The notes beneath the pieces are model-generated. The model worked only from the letters and a program-made list of their open reading frames with translations, made no database searches and was not told the DNA's origin. A stretch of 64,000 bases of DNA, from IMG/VR virus record IMGVR_UViG_3300025131_007349; one strand, 5' to 3'. Shown here one piece after another: positions 1-9,088 of this stretch (the first letter of the stretch is position 1; every line of letters begins with the position of its first letter). The position numbers were made by a program, and so were the translations under genes. The DNA comes from an uncultured virus (IMG/VR IMGVR_UViG_3300025131_007349) (Duplodnaviria > Heunggongvirae > Uroviricota > Caudoviricetes).

Positions 1-529
1 CTTCTTTTTTCAAAATTTCTTCTGCTTTTTCTAAATCAAATTCTTCCATTGAGGTTGTTACCATATCTGTAGTCATAATTTCTCTTACTAATTTTCCATC
101 ATTTCTTTCAAATCTTAAATCTCTAGCAGTAATAATGCCTTTTAAAGCACCCTCCTTATCTACCACTGGAATACCATTTATATTATATTCATTCATCAAC
201 TCTTTAACTACACCAACAGTTTTATCCTCCTCTGTTATTATAGGGTCTTTGATGATTGCATTCTCAGACCTTTTAATTTTTTTAATTAGCTTAACCTGGT
301 CCAAAACATCCATATTTTTATGTATAACCCCTATACCACCTTCTCTTGCCATTGCAATTGCCATAGACGCTTCCGTAACCGTATCCATTGCAGCTGATAC
401 AATAGGAATATTTAATTCTATATTTCTACTAAACTTTGTTTTAATAGAGACTTCTGATGGTAAAATATCCGAATAATTCGGTATTATTAATACATCATCA
501 AAAGTCAAACTTTTATTTATAATTTTCAT
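1..529 (-). CDS. guaB: IMP dehydrogenase, N-terminal part with CBS domains; runs off the window
   Basis: Manual translation: MKIINKSLTFDDVLIIPNYSDILPSEV...NIPIVSAAMDTVTEASMAIAMAREGGIGVIHKNM...GIPVVD...GIITARDLRF. Confidence 0.93.
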   Translation of the reverse strand, partial: MKIINKSLTFDDVLIIPNYSDILPSEVSIKTKFSRNIELNIPIVSAAMDTVTEASMAIAMAREGGIGVIHKNMDVLDQVKLIKKIKRSENAIIKDPIITEEDKTVGVVKELMNEYNINGIPVVDKEGALKGIITARDLRFERNDGKLVREIMTTDMVTTSMEEFDLEKAEEILKKE

Positions 530-654
530 AAATTTTATTTTCTAGTGCTTTATTCATCTTCTCTTTACTTCTATCGTGTTGTGATAATAACTCTACTGCT
601 ACTTCTAATGTAATCTTTTTCTGATTGTATAATTTCCAAATCAATTTTGTCATC

Positions 655-912
655 TTATTTTTGTTTTAGTTGTTTGGGGTCTTTAGAATCAGAGATTATG
701 TTATTAACAATATGGTGAACACCATATTTTTCATTTGGCATTTCTACTGCCTCTATAACCTCATCCAATCTACGCAGAGTCAACTCTACATTATAATCGT
801 ATTTTGTATAATGATTATAATCAGCATAATCGAATATGTTTTCTCTTAACTTAGTTAGTTTCTCTAAAACTTCTTTTTTATTGGTGTGTGTATTATGTGT
901 ATAAATGCTCAT
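655..912 (-). CDS. hypothetical protein
   Basis: 85-aa ORF co-oriented with guaB. Confidence 0.5.
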   Translation of the reverse strand: MSIYTHNTHTNKKEVLEKLTKLRENIFDYADYNHYTKYDYNVELTLRRLDEVIEAVEMPNEKYGVHHIVNNIISDSKDPKQLKQK

Positions 913-1025
913 ATATTTTTATTTTAATTTTACTAATTTGTTCTCATAATTAAATGGACTTTTCTTATTAAATGTTTTATTTTTATTATGTCTTTGGACA
1001 TAAACAATTATAAACAAAAAATATC

Positions 1026-1358
1026 ATGGAAACAATTTTAACAGTTTTAATTACACTTGGGGTGGTGGCTTTATTGGTCTCTGTTGCGGGTGTGATAAGG
1101 TTGAAGCGAAAGGTCGACGACTTGGAGTTTAGCAGATTAGATTTTGTAGACGAAATCTCCAACACCAGAAGAGATTTGTATCAAGAGCTTGAATCTCTTT
1201 CTAGAGAGAGTCATGACGGAGATAAACAAATTAGAACGGATATGGAAAACCATATTAATGGTTCTGAGAGTAATCTAGACAGAAGGTTTGACAACGTATG
1301 GAGTGAAGTTCATAAGTTGGACACTATAGTGAATCCGAATAAGCATTTACTAAAGTAA
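1026..1358 (+). CDS. membrane-anchored coiled-coil hypothetical protein
   Basis: N-terminal hydrophobic helix followed by a helical charged region; terminator follows. Confidence 0.6.
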   Translation: METILTVLITLGVVALLVSVAGVIRLKRKVDDLEFSRLDFVDEISNTRRDLYQELESLSRESHDGDKQIRTDMENHINGSESNLDRRFDNVWSEVHKLDTIVNPNKHLLK

Positions 1359-1366
1359 TTTAATTA

Positions 1367-1392
1367 GGGGTCCCTTTTGGGACCCTTTTTTT
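1367..1392 (+). terminator. intrinsic terminator
   Basis: GGGTCCC-TTTT-GGGACCC followed by a T run, just after the 1358 stop. Confidence 0.75.
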
Positions 1393-1401
1393 ATTTGCAA
1401 A

Positions 1402-1479
1402 GCGCCGGCGGAGCCCGTCCTCCGGACGGCCGGCACCGACCGAAGTCGGACTTCGTCCGAGCATTTTCGGGACCCCCCG
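1402..1479. other. GC-rich multi-hairpin element of unknown function
   Basis: 58/78 G+C; inverted repeats CCGTCC-TCC-GGACGG, CCGAC-CGAA-GTCGG, TCGGAC-TTC-GTCCGA. Confidence 0.7.
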
Positions 1480-1533
1480 TTTTTTATTATACCTTTAAAT
1501 GAGACAATTAAATATATTTATTAAATTATAAAC

Positions 1534-1540
1534 TATTTAT
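1534..1540 (+). promoter_or_regulatory. TATTTAT putative late-promoter core (first of about 24 copies upstream of plus-strand genes)
   Basis: Also at 3645, 4965, 9073, 9238, 11395, 14300, 14754, 16795, 17153, 17492, 19084, 20167, 21094, 21849, 24199, 24843, 30589, 45748, 46543, 51091, 55038, 56304, 57093. Confidence 0.7.
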
Positions 1541-1555
1541 ATTAAAATCTTATAC

Positions 1556-2077
1556 ATGAAAATTAAAATTACAGAAGCAGAACTAATTTCCCTTATAGAA
1601 AAGGTTATTAAAGAAAATCGTCTTAACGAAGGTAAAAAGAAGAAGAAAGATAAGAAATGGATACAAAAAGCTTATGCTAGTGGTGATGTTAAAGAAGATA
1701 AATTAACAGACTACTGTGACGGTAAAGTAACATGTGCATGTGTGGAGAGAGCTCTTAAGAGTAAAGGCATGAAAAAGGGAGCACAGATGTATCTTAATAT
1801 GAACAAATCTAAATGTAAGAGTCTAAAAGAATCTATTATACTAGAACAAAACTTACCAAGACACATCAGGAAAGGCAGTAAAGAACATGCAGATTGGGTT
1901 CGTTCACAACAAGGTAACGATAAAGACACATTATTAGAAAATTTATTAACCGAAGCACAAAAATTAACTAGTTTTATTGAAGACGCTAGAAATGAAACCG
2001 GTAATTGGACTGTAGATGATTTATCTAGCATACAACAAAATATAAACACAAACATAACAAATTATTTAGCAGCATAA
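1556..2077 (+). CDS. putative virion-internal protein with N-terminal leader
   Basis: MKIKITEAELISLIEKVIKE leader; multiple [IL]xE motifs; TATTTAT upstream. Confidence 0.65.
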   Translation: MKIKITEAELISLIEKVIKENRLNEGKKKKKDKKWIQKAYASGDVKEDKLTDYCDGKVTCACVERALKSKGMKKGAQMYLNMNKSKCKSLKESIILEQNLPRHIRKGSKEHADWVRSQQGNDKDTLLENLLTEAQKLTSFIEDARNETGNWTVDDLSSIQQNINTNITNYLAA

Positions 2078-2087
2078 AAAAACAACT

Positions 2088-2531
2088 ATGAACAAACTTA
2101 ATTTAACGGAACAAGAAAAAAACAGAATTAGAGGACTTCACAATTCTCATAAGAACCAACACGGAACTTTAATAAAAGAAGGGCCTATAGGGGCTCGATA
2201 TGGTCAAGGATTTGAGGGAGACATGGCTGAACAAACACAACCATCCCCTGAAGACTGGAAAGTGTTTTGGACTGAGGCAGGAAATATTAATCAAGAAGAA
2301 CTATTAAAAAAATTTGAGACTTGTGATGAAAAGACTCTTGCGGATTGGTGGAGGAAAAACACAGCATGTTCTAGTAAAATGAATTTCATGCAAGACGAGA
2401 ATTGTAGAACTAGTTTTCAGGAAGCTGTTAATTTAGCTGGTGTTCTTCTTTGTCTTGGTGTAAACAAAATATCTGAATTAGGTAGTACCCTTAAAGACAT
2501 GGCGGCGAAAGGATTAGGACTTGGTGAGTAA
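2088..2531 (+). CDS. putative virion-internal protein with LTEQEKNRIRGLH leader
   Basis: Leader shared with the 11420 and 11802 proteins. Confidence 0.65.
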   Translation: MNKLNLTEQEKNRIRGLHNSHKNQHGTLIKEGPIGARYGQGFEGDMAEQTQPSPEDWKVFWTEAGNINQEELLKKFETCDEKTLADWWRKNTACSSKMNFMQDENCRTSFQEAVNLAGVLLCLGVNKISELGSTLKDMAAKGLGLGE

Positions 2532-2532
2532 A

Positions 2533-2739
2533 TTACTCATCCGTACCGAACTTACACCGTAACCAAACTCTTTCATGAAGATAGTATAGAACAAATTTAG
2601 TAATCAGCTCTAACGCTCCTATCTTTAGTCCTACTGTTGCACTACCAGTTATTAGCCATCCTAGTAACATTGTATCGATAGTTCCCACTATCCGCCAACT
2701 TATAGTTTTCACTATACTTCTTATCTTCTTTACTTTCAT
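2533..2739 (-). CDS. DUF2061-family small membrane protein
   Basis: RSIVKTISWRIVGTIDT...YYLHERVW. Confidence 0.8.
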   Translation of the reverse strand: MKVKKIRSIVKTISWRIVGTIDTMLLGWLITGSATVGLKIGALELITKFVLYYLHERVWLRCKFGTDE

Positions 2740-2787
2740 GCACATAAATATTGGAGATTTGTCTTTTTATTTATTATATTTCTTTAT

Positions 2788-3087
2788 ATGAATTATACAC
2801 CATTACCATATTACCTAACAATTAAAGAATCCAGTATACAAGGACTAGGACTATTCGCTACTGATGATTTAGACGAAAACTTACCTATAGGGATAAGTCA
2901 TATAAAAGATATAAGATTTGATGATGGTCATATTAGAACACCACTTGGTGGTTTTGTAAATCATTCAGATAAACCTAATTGTTATTGGGTTGAAGAAAAC
3001 GATTTAATTCATATGAAAACTAAGACACCAATTAAATGTGGTGAAGAATTAACCTTAAAATATAAATGGTATGACCCCTCCGAATAA
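2788..3087 (+). CDS. SET-domain protein (putative lysine methyltransferase)
   Basis: SSIQGLGLFAT, FVNHSDKPNC, IKCGEELTLKY. Confidence 0.85.
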   Translation: MNYTPLPYYLTIKESSIQGLGLFATDDLDENLPIGISHIKDIRFDDGHIRTPLGGFVNHSDKPNCYWVEENDLIHMKTKTPIKCGEELTLKYKWYDPSE

Positions 3088-3622
3088 AACAGTAGATTTA
3101 TCTTATAAAATAAAAAATGAAGACAGACGTAGTTATCCTCTAAACCATTGGGAAATGAGTGATGGAACTATTGTCGCTATTTATCAAGGATTTCGTGGTG
3201 AAAATCCGGAATTAGATTTTATTGTAAAATATAAAGAACCAACTAAAAGATTAAGAACCCCATCTCACACACATTGGATTGTAGACTTGGTCATTAAAGG
3301 AGAGATAAATAAAGAACGTACATTATCGTTTGTTAATTCTTTAATTATAGTTTATGATAACATAGAACCATTTACAACTATCGAAGAAAGAGACAATTAC
3401 ACACTTAAATACACTACAGGATTAGTTGAAGAGTATTCAGAATTAAATAATATTGGTGCACTACCAATAGAATTAATTTCAACGTTGGTTGAACTATTCT
3501 GTAAGTGTGAAAAACAAACTACCGGAGCTTTTATGTTTAGAAGTATGTTGAATCTAACCAAAGAATACTTAGAAGGTAAAAAAGACTATTACCAAGTTAT
3601 AGGAACATCTAAAAGAGTTTAG
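3071..3622 (+). CDS. hypothetical protein
   Basis: 183-aa ORF overlapping the end of the SET gene. Confidence 0.6.
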   Translation: MTPPNKTVDLSYKIKNEDRRSYPLNHWEMSDGTIVAIYQGFRGENPELDFIVKYKEPTKRLRTPSHTHWIVDLVIKGEINKERTLSFVNSLIIVYDNIEPFTTIEERDNYTLKYTTGLVEEYSELNNIGALPIELISTLVELFCKCEKQTTGAFMFRSMLNLTKEYLEGKKDYYQVIGTSKRV

Positions 3623-3655
3623 TTTTTAATTGACCATATGCGAATATTTATTGGT

Positions 3656-4942
3656 ATGAAAATACTAGTTAATAAGAATCAGTATAAAAAGTTAATTAAT
3701 GAGATTAGTTTATTAGATGTAATTAAACAAGCTGATGAATCTGATATATTATCGTTAGAGATTCCGGATACCACAAACTCCCTTAATTTAAAATTAACTA
3801 GACAAGCTATGGAAAATGTCTTGAAAAGAGGGGTTTCCGAATTAGAAAAATATATAGAGTCTCCAGAAGAATATATAAAATCATTAGCTATAGAAGAAAT
3901 ACCACAAGAAATACCACAACTACCTGAAGAACCACCAACACCACCGGAAAAACTAGAATCTCCACAAATACAACAAAAAATTAAAGAGATAGGAATAAGC
4001 CAAGAATATTTAGATGAACTAACATCTAAAAAAGGATATAAAAGCAGAAGAGATAGAGATAATATTGATTTATTAAAAATTAATATAGCTAGATTAAATA
4101 GAGATTTAAATAAGTTACGTAATATTTCAGAAAGTAAAAATTTAATTAAAAGAATATTAAAAGAACATTCTTGGCAAAGAAGTGATGATGATAAATGGAA
4201 TAGTTTAGAAAAAGACTTAAGATATGTTGTTGAACGTTTAATTGAACGACATAAAGATAATTTTGGTGGTGACCAATACGAAGTAATGGGAGCTATAGAA
4301 CAAGTATTTGATGGTATGTTTCAAAAGGTTTCAATAACAGAACAGCGAGACGTAGATAACCCTGAATTAGAGGAAACAGGAGAGACGGGAGGGATAGAAA
4401 AAAATGTGATGGACAGACTTAGAATGGTGTTTGAACAAATTAAAAAATTGCCTCCAAAAGCTATTGAACTTTATATTCCAGAAATACACGACAATGGTAC
4501 TCAACAGGGAGGGAATGGAAGGTTAATAGATGGACTTAATGGAATATTAAAATTAGTTGGTGGTGGAACGGCGATACGACGAGGTGGAGAGGCGGGGCCA
4601 AGTATAATAACATATTGGTTTATCAAAGCATTCCTTGTTAACGGCGGATTTAACAGAAATTTTAAAGAAGGTGAAATAACTTTACCTGTGGTAACGATTT
4701 ATGAATGTCAAGCCGACTTCGTAGAAGAAGTATTTGAATCTAGAACTTCATGGGGTAATGTTATTGGACCACAGTCAGAGGAAGAAGCTATTGAGTGGTA
4801 CAGCGGAAATATGCATAACTGGGAAGAAGATACGGAGCACCAAGACAGTGAGTATGGGGATATAACGGGTGTAGAGGACGTTATCGTCTCTAGCACTCAG
4901 ACATTAAAATTTCACCCCGAATGGATTGGGTGGGAGGTTTGA
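3656..4942 (+). CDS. putative virion-internal modular protein
   Basis: Start moved to the ATG 4 nt after TATTTAT; MKILVNKNQYKKLINE leader; internal NLIKRILKE and SITEQ motifs. Confidence 0.65.
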   Translation: MKILVNKNQYKKLINEISLLDVIKQADESDILSLEIPDTTNSLNLKLTRQAMENVLKRGVSELEKYIESPEEYIKSLAIEEIPQEIPQLPEEPPTPPEKLESPQIQQKIKEIGISQEYLDELTSKKGYKSRRDRDNIDLLKINIARLNRDLNKLRNISESKNLIKRILKEHSWQRSDDDKWNSLEKDLRYVVERLIERHKDNFGGDQYEVMGAIEQVFDGMFQKVSITEQRDVDNPELEETGETGGIEKNVMDRLRMVFEQIKKLPPKAIELYIPEIHDNGTQQGGNGRLIDGLNGILKLVGGGTAIRRGGEAGPSIITYWFIKAFLVNGGFNRNFKEGEITLPVVTIYECQADFVEEVFESRTSWGNVIGPQSEEEAIEWYSGNMHNWEEDTEHQDSEYGDITGVEDVIVSSTQTLKFHPEWIGWEV

Positions 4943-4989
4943 CAAGGGGATAGGTTTTAATTACTATTTATATATAAGAGACTATCCCA

Positions 4990-5559
4990 ATGAAAAAACT
5001 ATTATTCGTATTATGTTTATTTTTTAGCTTAACAGCTAGTTCACAATGTGTGCTTAATCAGTCTAATACAATAACACCTCCTGGACCTTATTCACCGGGT
5101 CAAGTTGTTACAGTTAATTACACACTAGGATATTTCTATCAATTAAATATAAATTGGATTATAGCCTTTCAAATTAACCTAGGTCCGGGCTGGACTAATC
5201 TACAACCAATAATCGCCCCAGGTAATCCAGGCGGTTCACAAGGATATTGGTTATGGGATTTACAAAACACATTTCCAAGTGGACTAAACTTTGGACCAGG
5301 CTGGAGATTTGTAAGTACGAATCCATTTGGTAATCCAGACTGGGGGACTAGTTCGACAGGACCATTTACAATGAGATTTAGAGTAACAGTAGGACAAACC
5401 TGTACTCCAGATAATTTATTGGTTAGTATTAATGTATATGGTGATTGTCTAACAGGAGGTTGGTGGAATGGAACATGTTGTAATGACCCAGCCCACCAAA
5501 TATACAACGGAAACGTTCAAGTAATAACACCTATTACATCGAACATAAATCATTATTAA
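4990..5559 (+). CDS. secreted beta-rich protein with signal peptide
   Basis: MKKLLFVLCLFFSLTASSQ signal peptide; ends ITSNINHY. Confidence 0.75.
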   Translation: MKKLLFVLCLFFSLTASSQCVLNQSNTITPPGPYSPGQVVTVNYTLGYFYQLNINWIIAFQINLGPGWTNLQPIIAPGNPGGSQGYWLWDLQNTFPSGLNFGPGWRFVSTNPFGNPDWGTSSTGPFTMRFRVTVGQTCTPDNLLVSINVYGDCLTGGWWNGTCCNDPAHQIYNGNVQVITPITSNINHY

Positions 5560-5571
5560 AAAAAAGAAATT

Positions 5572-6144
5572 ATGAATTACAAAGAAAACAAACAAGTATT
5601 ATTGACCTTATTTATCACAATGATAATGATGGCAACGACCATATTCACATTTGGTCAAACAACGATTAACCCAGACACAGTATGTGCAAACGCAGTTGGA
5701 GAACAGTATTTCGTTACTAATACCCCAACCTCAACATACCAATGGACAATTACAGGTGGTGGTGGTGTTCTACAAACAGGTCAAGGTTCAAACTCAATTA
5801 CGGTAGACTGGGGAGGAATATCTGGTTTATATCCTAACGCTGTTGAGGTTATAGAAACAAATGTAAATAACTGTCCTGGAGCTCCGGTACTAATAGATGT
5901 ATATGTATTAGATTTATCAGGTAATGTTATTGGGCCATTTTGTCCAGGAGACCCATCAACATTATTAGTTGGTAATCCATTAGGAGGGACATGGTCTGGA
6001 ACAGGAGTAGTCGGTAACGATTTTGACCCAGCCACCGCAGGTGTTGGAAACTATGTATTAACTTATTCAATGGCTGGATGTAATACTACTATAAATGTTG
6101 TAGTGAACAACGGACCAGTTACGGGACCTATTCAACATTACTAA
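5572..6144 (+). CDS. secreted PKD/Ig-like protein
   Basis: Signal peptide ending FGQ; YQWTITGG..GQGSNSITVDW; GGTWSGTGVVGNDFDPATAGVG; ends TGPIQHY. Confidence 0.75.
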   Translation: MNYKENKQVLLTLFITMIMMATTIFTFGQTTINPDTVCANAVGEQYFVTNTPTSTYQWTITGGGGVLQTGQGSNSITVDWGGISGLYPNAVEVIETNVNNCPGAPVLIDVYVLDLSGNVIGPFCPGDPSTLLVGNPLGGTWSGTGVVGNDFDPATAGVGNYVLTYSMAGCNTTINVVVNNGPVTGPIQHY

Positions 6145-6674
6145 TGAAATGGTGGGTATTCATATTATTGCCCTTTCAGTTATTAGCTCAGGAAACTTAT
6201 ACGAATTGTGGGGACCTAGTACCACAAAACTATCAAGTAAGTTATGACGCTGATAAGGTATACTATTGGGATATTTCCGAAGGAGAAATAATATATAATC
6301 ATGGTAACTCAATAACAGTACAATGGCCTGATTCTACAGGTACCTATATTATATCTGTCCATACAACGAGATTCGGTTGTGAAGGAGACACATCCTATTA
6401 TGAAATAGTTATAGAGGATTGTCCCTACTTACAAATATTTGTGCCCAACTCATTCACACCAAATCAAGACAACCACAATGAAACTTTTTATATACATGGA
6501 GCAGATGGTGATAAAATAGAATCTATGATAATTTTTAATAGGTGGGGAGAGAAAGTATATGAAACTAATAGTAATGAACCATGGGACGGTAAGAACTGCC
6601 AAATAGGAATCTATACCTACTCAATTAGAACTCATAATCAACACTACACCGGACAAATTAAATTGTTAAAGTAA
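6144..6674 (+). CDS. gliding-motility-associated C-terminal domain (T9SS type B CTD / CHU_C) protein
   Basis: IFVPNSFTPNQDNHNETF...IFNRWGEKVYET...WDG...GIYTY...GQIKLLK; signal peptide; PKD-like N-domain. Confidence 0.88.
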   Translation: MKWWVFILLPFQLLAQETYTNCGDLVPQNYQVSYDADKVYYWDISEGEIIYNHGNSITVQWPDSTGTYIISVHTTRFGCEGDTSYYEIVIEDCPYLQIFVPNSFTPNQDNHNETFYIHGADGDKIESMIIFNRWGEKVYETNSNEPWDGKNCQIGIYTYSIRTHNQHYTGQIKLLK

Positions 6675-6676
6675 AT

Positions 6677-7063
6677 TTAAATTTCATCAAGAGGGTGTAG
6701 TAATTCTATAGTCTCTAAAGATACCTCACTATCGAATCCCCATAATCTAACCCATCGACTAACAGCATTGTTTATGCCAGTATAAGGTTTACGTATATAA
6801 TTTCTGATTGCTCTTGGCCCATAACCTTTTAAATTATGCCATGTATTTTTGTTAGATTTTACCATAGCTTTTATTCTTATGGTTACACAAGTTTGGATGA
6901 TTTCTTTTCGGTCTCCGAATCTATTAGTATAACTTAAATCTTCATCACGTGCTCTAATAACTCTAATCTCTATATCCTTTATATCATTTGTATACCAACC
7001 GTCCATAGGCTTTAATATCTTAGAACCGAGTTTTTTATTTAATTGTCTTTTGGTTAATTTCAT
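6677..7063 (-). CDS. hypothetical protein
   Basis: TATCTTTG promoter 4 nt upstream of the ATG. Confidence 0.6.
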   Translation of the reverse strand: MKLTKRQLNKKLGSKILKPMDGWYTNDIKDIEIRVIRARDEDLSYTNRFGDRKEIIQTCVTIRIKAMVKSNKNTWHNLKGYGPRAIRNYIRKPYTGINNAVSRWVRLWGFDSEVSLETIELLHPLDEI

Positions 7064-7067
7064 ACTA

Positions 7068-7075
7068 CAAAGATA
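7068..7075 (-). promoter_or_regulatory. Bacteroidetes-type -7 promoter element TAnnTTTG
   Basis: TATCTTTG; equivalents at 9033, 14234, 24132, 29584, 42447 (minus strand) and 29636, 29664, 45259 (plus strand), all intergenic and upstream of starts. Confidence 0.7.
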
Positions 7076-7085
7076 ATAAAAATAA

Positions 7086-8393
7086 TTAAACTAACCTACC
7101 GTTTTCGTAAATATATTTTATAACGGGGAATCGTAATGAGTGACACCCATCTTGATTTAAAGTTTCTTCAAAGTATTGAACAGTAATGGTTTTACCTATG
7201 ATAAGTTCTGGATTTTTAAAATATAGTCTTCTTTGTTCTTGGTCAAACCCACTACCAACACCTACATCACAACCTTTATGTTCAATAATAACATTACTTA
7301 ACATTTCTTCTTCCACCTCTAACCCATCTATGATTATTCTGTGTATAGAGTTCTCGACACCTTTTACTATATATTCTTCGTCAAAGAATTTTTTAACTTT
7401 TAAAAGGTCGTTACTTCTTTTTCCTTTATACTCACAATCTTTACGTAAGATTAAACCTTCCCAATTATTTTTGGTTGCAAGTTCTGCTAACTCCTGGAAA
7501 TGGTCTTCGGATTCTACTTTCCACTGTACTAAAACATCAATACATTTTAACTCTTTTACAGATATACTATATATCATGTTAAAATTACCTAATCTATTAC
7601 TTAAGTTACGTTTACTTTCTTGGCTATCAAATTCCTCTAACATTAGGTAATCAAAAACCTTATACTTAGGGTTTTTAATAGTGTGGTCTTTTCTTTTAAT
7701 CTCTTTCATAATCCCCTGAAAGTCTTCTGCACCATTCTCATCCACCACACACACCTCACCGTCAAATACCATGTTACATAGATTTAAACTTTCTATTTCA
7801 TTTTTGAGTATGTCTAAAGTATCAAATGTCTTTCCTTGCCTTGAGTAGAAATTACATTTTCCTTTTTCATCTACAATAGCCAGACACCTAACACCGTCTA
7901 ACTTTTGGGAGGCGAACCATGTTTGTGTATTAAAATCAACTTTACTCTTTTGTTTATCATAAGAGTTAGCTAGTGCTACCTTAAATGTAGGCACACATCC
8001 TGTGATTGCTTTGTTGATTAGGTCCGCTCCCGTTCTTGTTTTTAAGTTTTTATCTATAATAGAATGAATTAATTCCTCGTATTTAGGAAAACTTTTGACT
8101 AAACCATTAACATAAGTTATAGCTTCATGGCCCGTCCATACTCTATTAGTTAAATTATCTAACATACAAAAAAGTGACCCAAAGTATGTTTTAGCACATA
8201 AATGTTTTAATTTTTTTAATTGTGCACTGGTTATATAATATTGTTTAAATGGTGAGTAGACATATTCTAATAAAGCACAAATATTCTCATCGTCTTTGTA
8301 CTCTTTCATTATGTCAATCTTAGCATTTGTAGAATTTGTAGATTTTAACCTATCTACAAAGTTTTGTATGTGTTCGTATTCGTTTTCAAACAA
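7086..8393 (-). CDS. ATP-dependent DNA ligase
   Basis: SQKLDGVR (motif I), FDGEV, WEGLILR, KRSNDLLKVK, GVGSGF, SLRFP; TTG start. Confidence 0.93.
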   Translation of the reverse strand: MFENEYEHIQNFVDRLKSTNSTNAKIDIMKEYKDDENICALLEYVYSPFKQYYITSAQLKKLKHLCAKTYFGSLFCMLDNLTNRVWTGHEAITYVNGLVKSFPKYEELIHSIIDKNLKTRTGADLINKAITGCVPTFKVALANSYDKQKSKVDFNTQTWFASQKLDGVRCLAIVDEKGKCNFYSRQGKTFDTLDILKNEIESLNLCNMVFDGEVCVVDENGAEDFQGIMKEIKRKDHTIKNPKYKVFDYLMLEEFDSQESKRNLSNRLGNFNMIYSISVKELKCIDVLVQWKVESEDHFQELAELATKNNWEGLILRKDCEYKGKRSNDLLKVKKFFDEEYIVKGVENSIHRIIIDGLEVEEEMLSNVIIEHKGCDVGVGSGFDQEQRRLYFKNPELIIGKTITVQYFEETLNQDGCHSLRFPVIKYIYENGRLV

Positions 8394-8398
8394 GTCTA

Positions 8399-8584
8399 TT
8401 ATATATTTTCTGTTATTAATTCTAGGTTGTATGTTTCATCAAACACTATACCTACTACTCGTTCCTTACCTTCTTTTTCTACTCGTTCAACTATTTCTCT
8501 TAAATCATTTCTAACATATATTCCACTAGGTTTACCTTGTGTTTTTGTAATATCTAGAAATACTCTTGGTGTTTTTGCTTCCAT
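8399..8584 (-). CDS. hypothetical protein
   Basis: 61-aa ORF directly upstream of the ligase. Confidence 0.55.
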   Translation of the reverse strand: MEAKTPRVFLDITKTQGKPSGIYVRNDLREIVERVEKEGKERVVGIVFDETYNLELITENI

Positions 8585-8644
8585 ATTATAAATTTAATGT
8601 TTTAATTTTTGTTTCTATTTCATTTTTTGTTTTTCAATAAATGT

Positions 8645-9028
8645 TTATATATAAAGTCTCTTAATGAATATGTTATGTCGGTGGTACCCCACCAATTTCA
8701 GTTGTTGGTGCATTAATTTTTTTAAAGTACAATATTTAAATTCTTCTCGTTCTTTTTTATTTCTATATTCGGTGGAGTTACCGGTCAAATATTTAGATAA
8801 ATCTCTATTAAAGTATCTTCCCTTCATTACACGTAAATTAATATAAATGGACCCCCAAGATTTTATTGAGACCGACGTTACTCTGAATTTTCCTTTATTA
8901 TCTTTGAAAGTATCACCCTCAATAGGTTGACACCAATTTATAATATCACCCTTATTAACTAAAGATTTAATTAATTTAATGGTGGTTTCATCACTATAGT
9001 CTAAGTTAGGTATTGTCCAGTCAATCAT
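8645..9028 (-). CDS. hypothetical protein
   Basis: Start moved to the ATG 4 nt downstream of TATATTTG (9033-9040). Confidence 0.55.
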   Translation of the reverse strand: MIDWTIPNLDYSDETTIKLIKSLVNKGDIINWCQPIEGDTFKDNKGKFRVTSVSIKSWGSIYINLRVMKGRYFNRDLSKYLTGNSTEYRNKKEREEFKYCTLKKLMHQQLKLVGYHRHNIFIKRLYI

Positions 9029-9088
9029 ATTACAAATATAAGAAATTATTTTCATTTACGAAAGTAGAATGTTATTTATTATTAGTTT

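Noticed and set aside
135..476. Plus-strand 113-aa ORF
   Set aside because: Antisense shadow of guaB.
513..653. 46-aa minus-strand ORF upstream of guaB
   Set aside because: Plausible but short, with no recognisable motif; not enough support to call.
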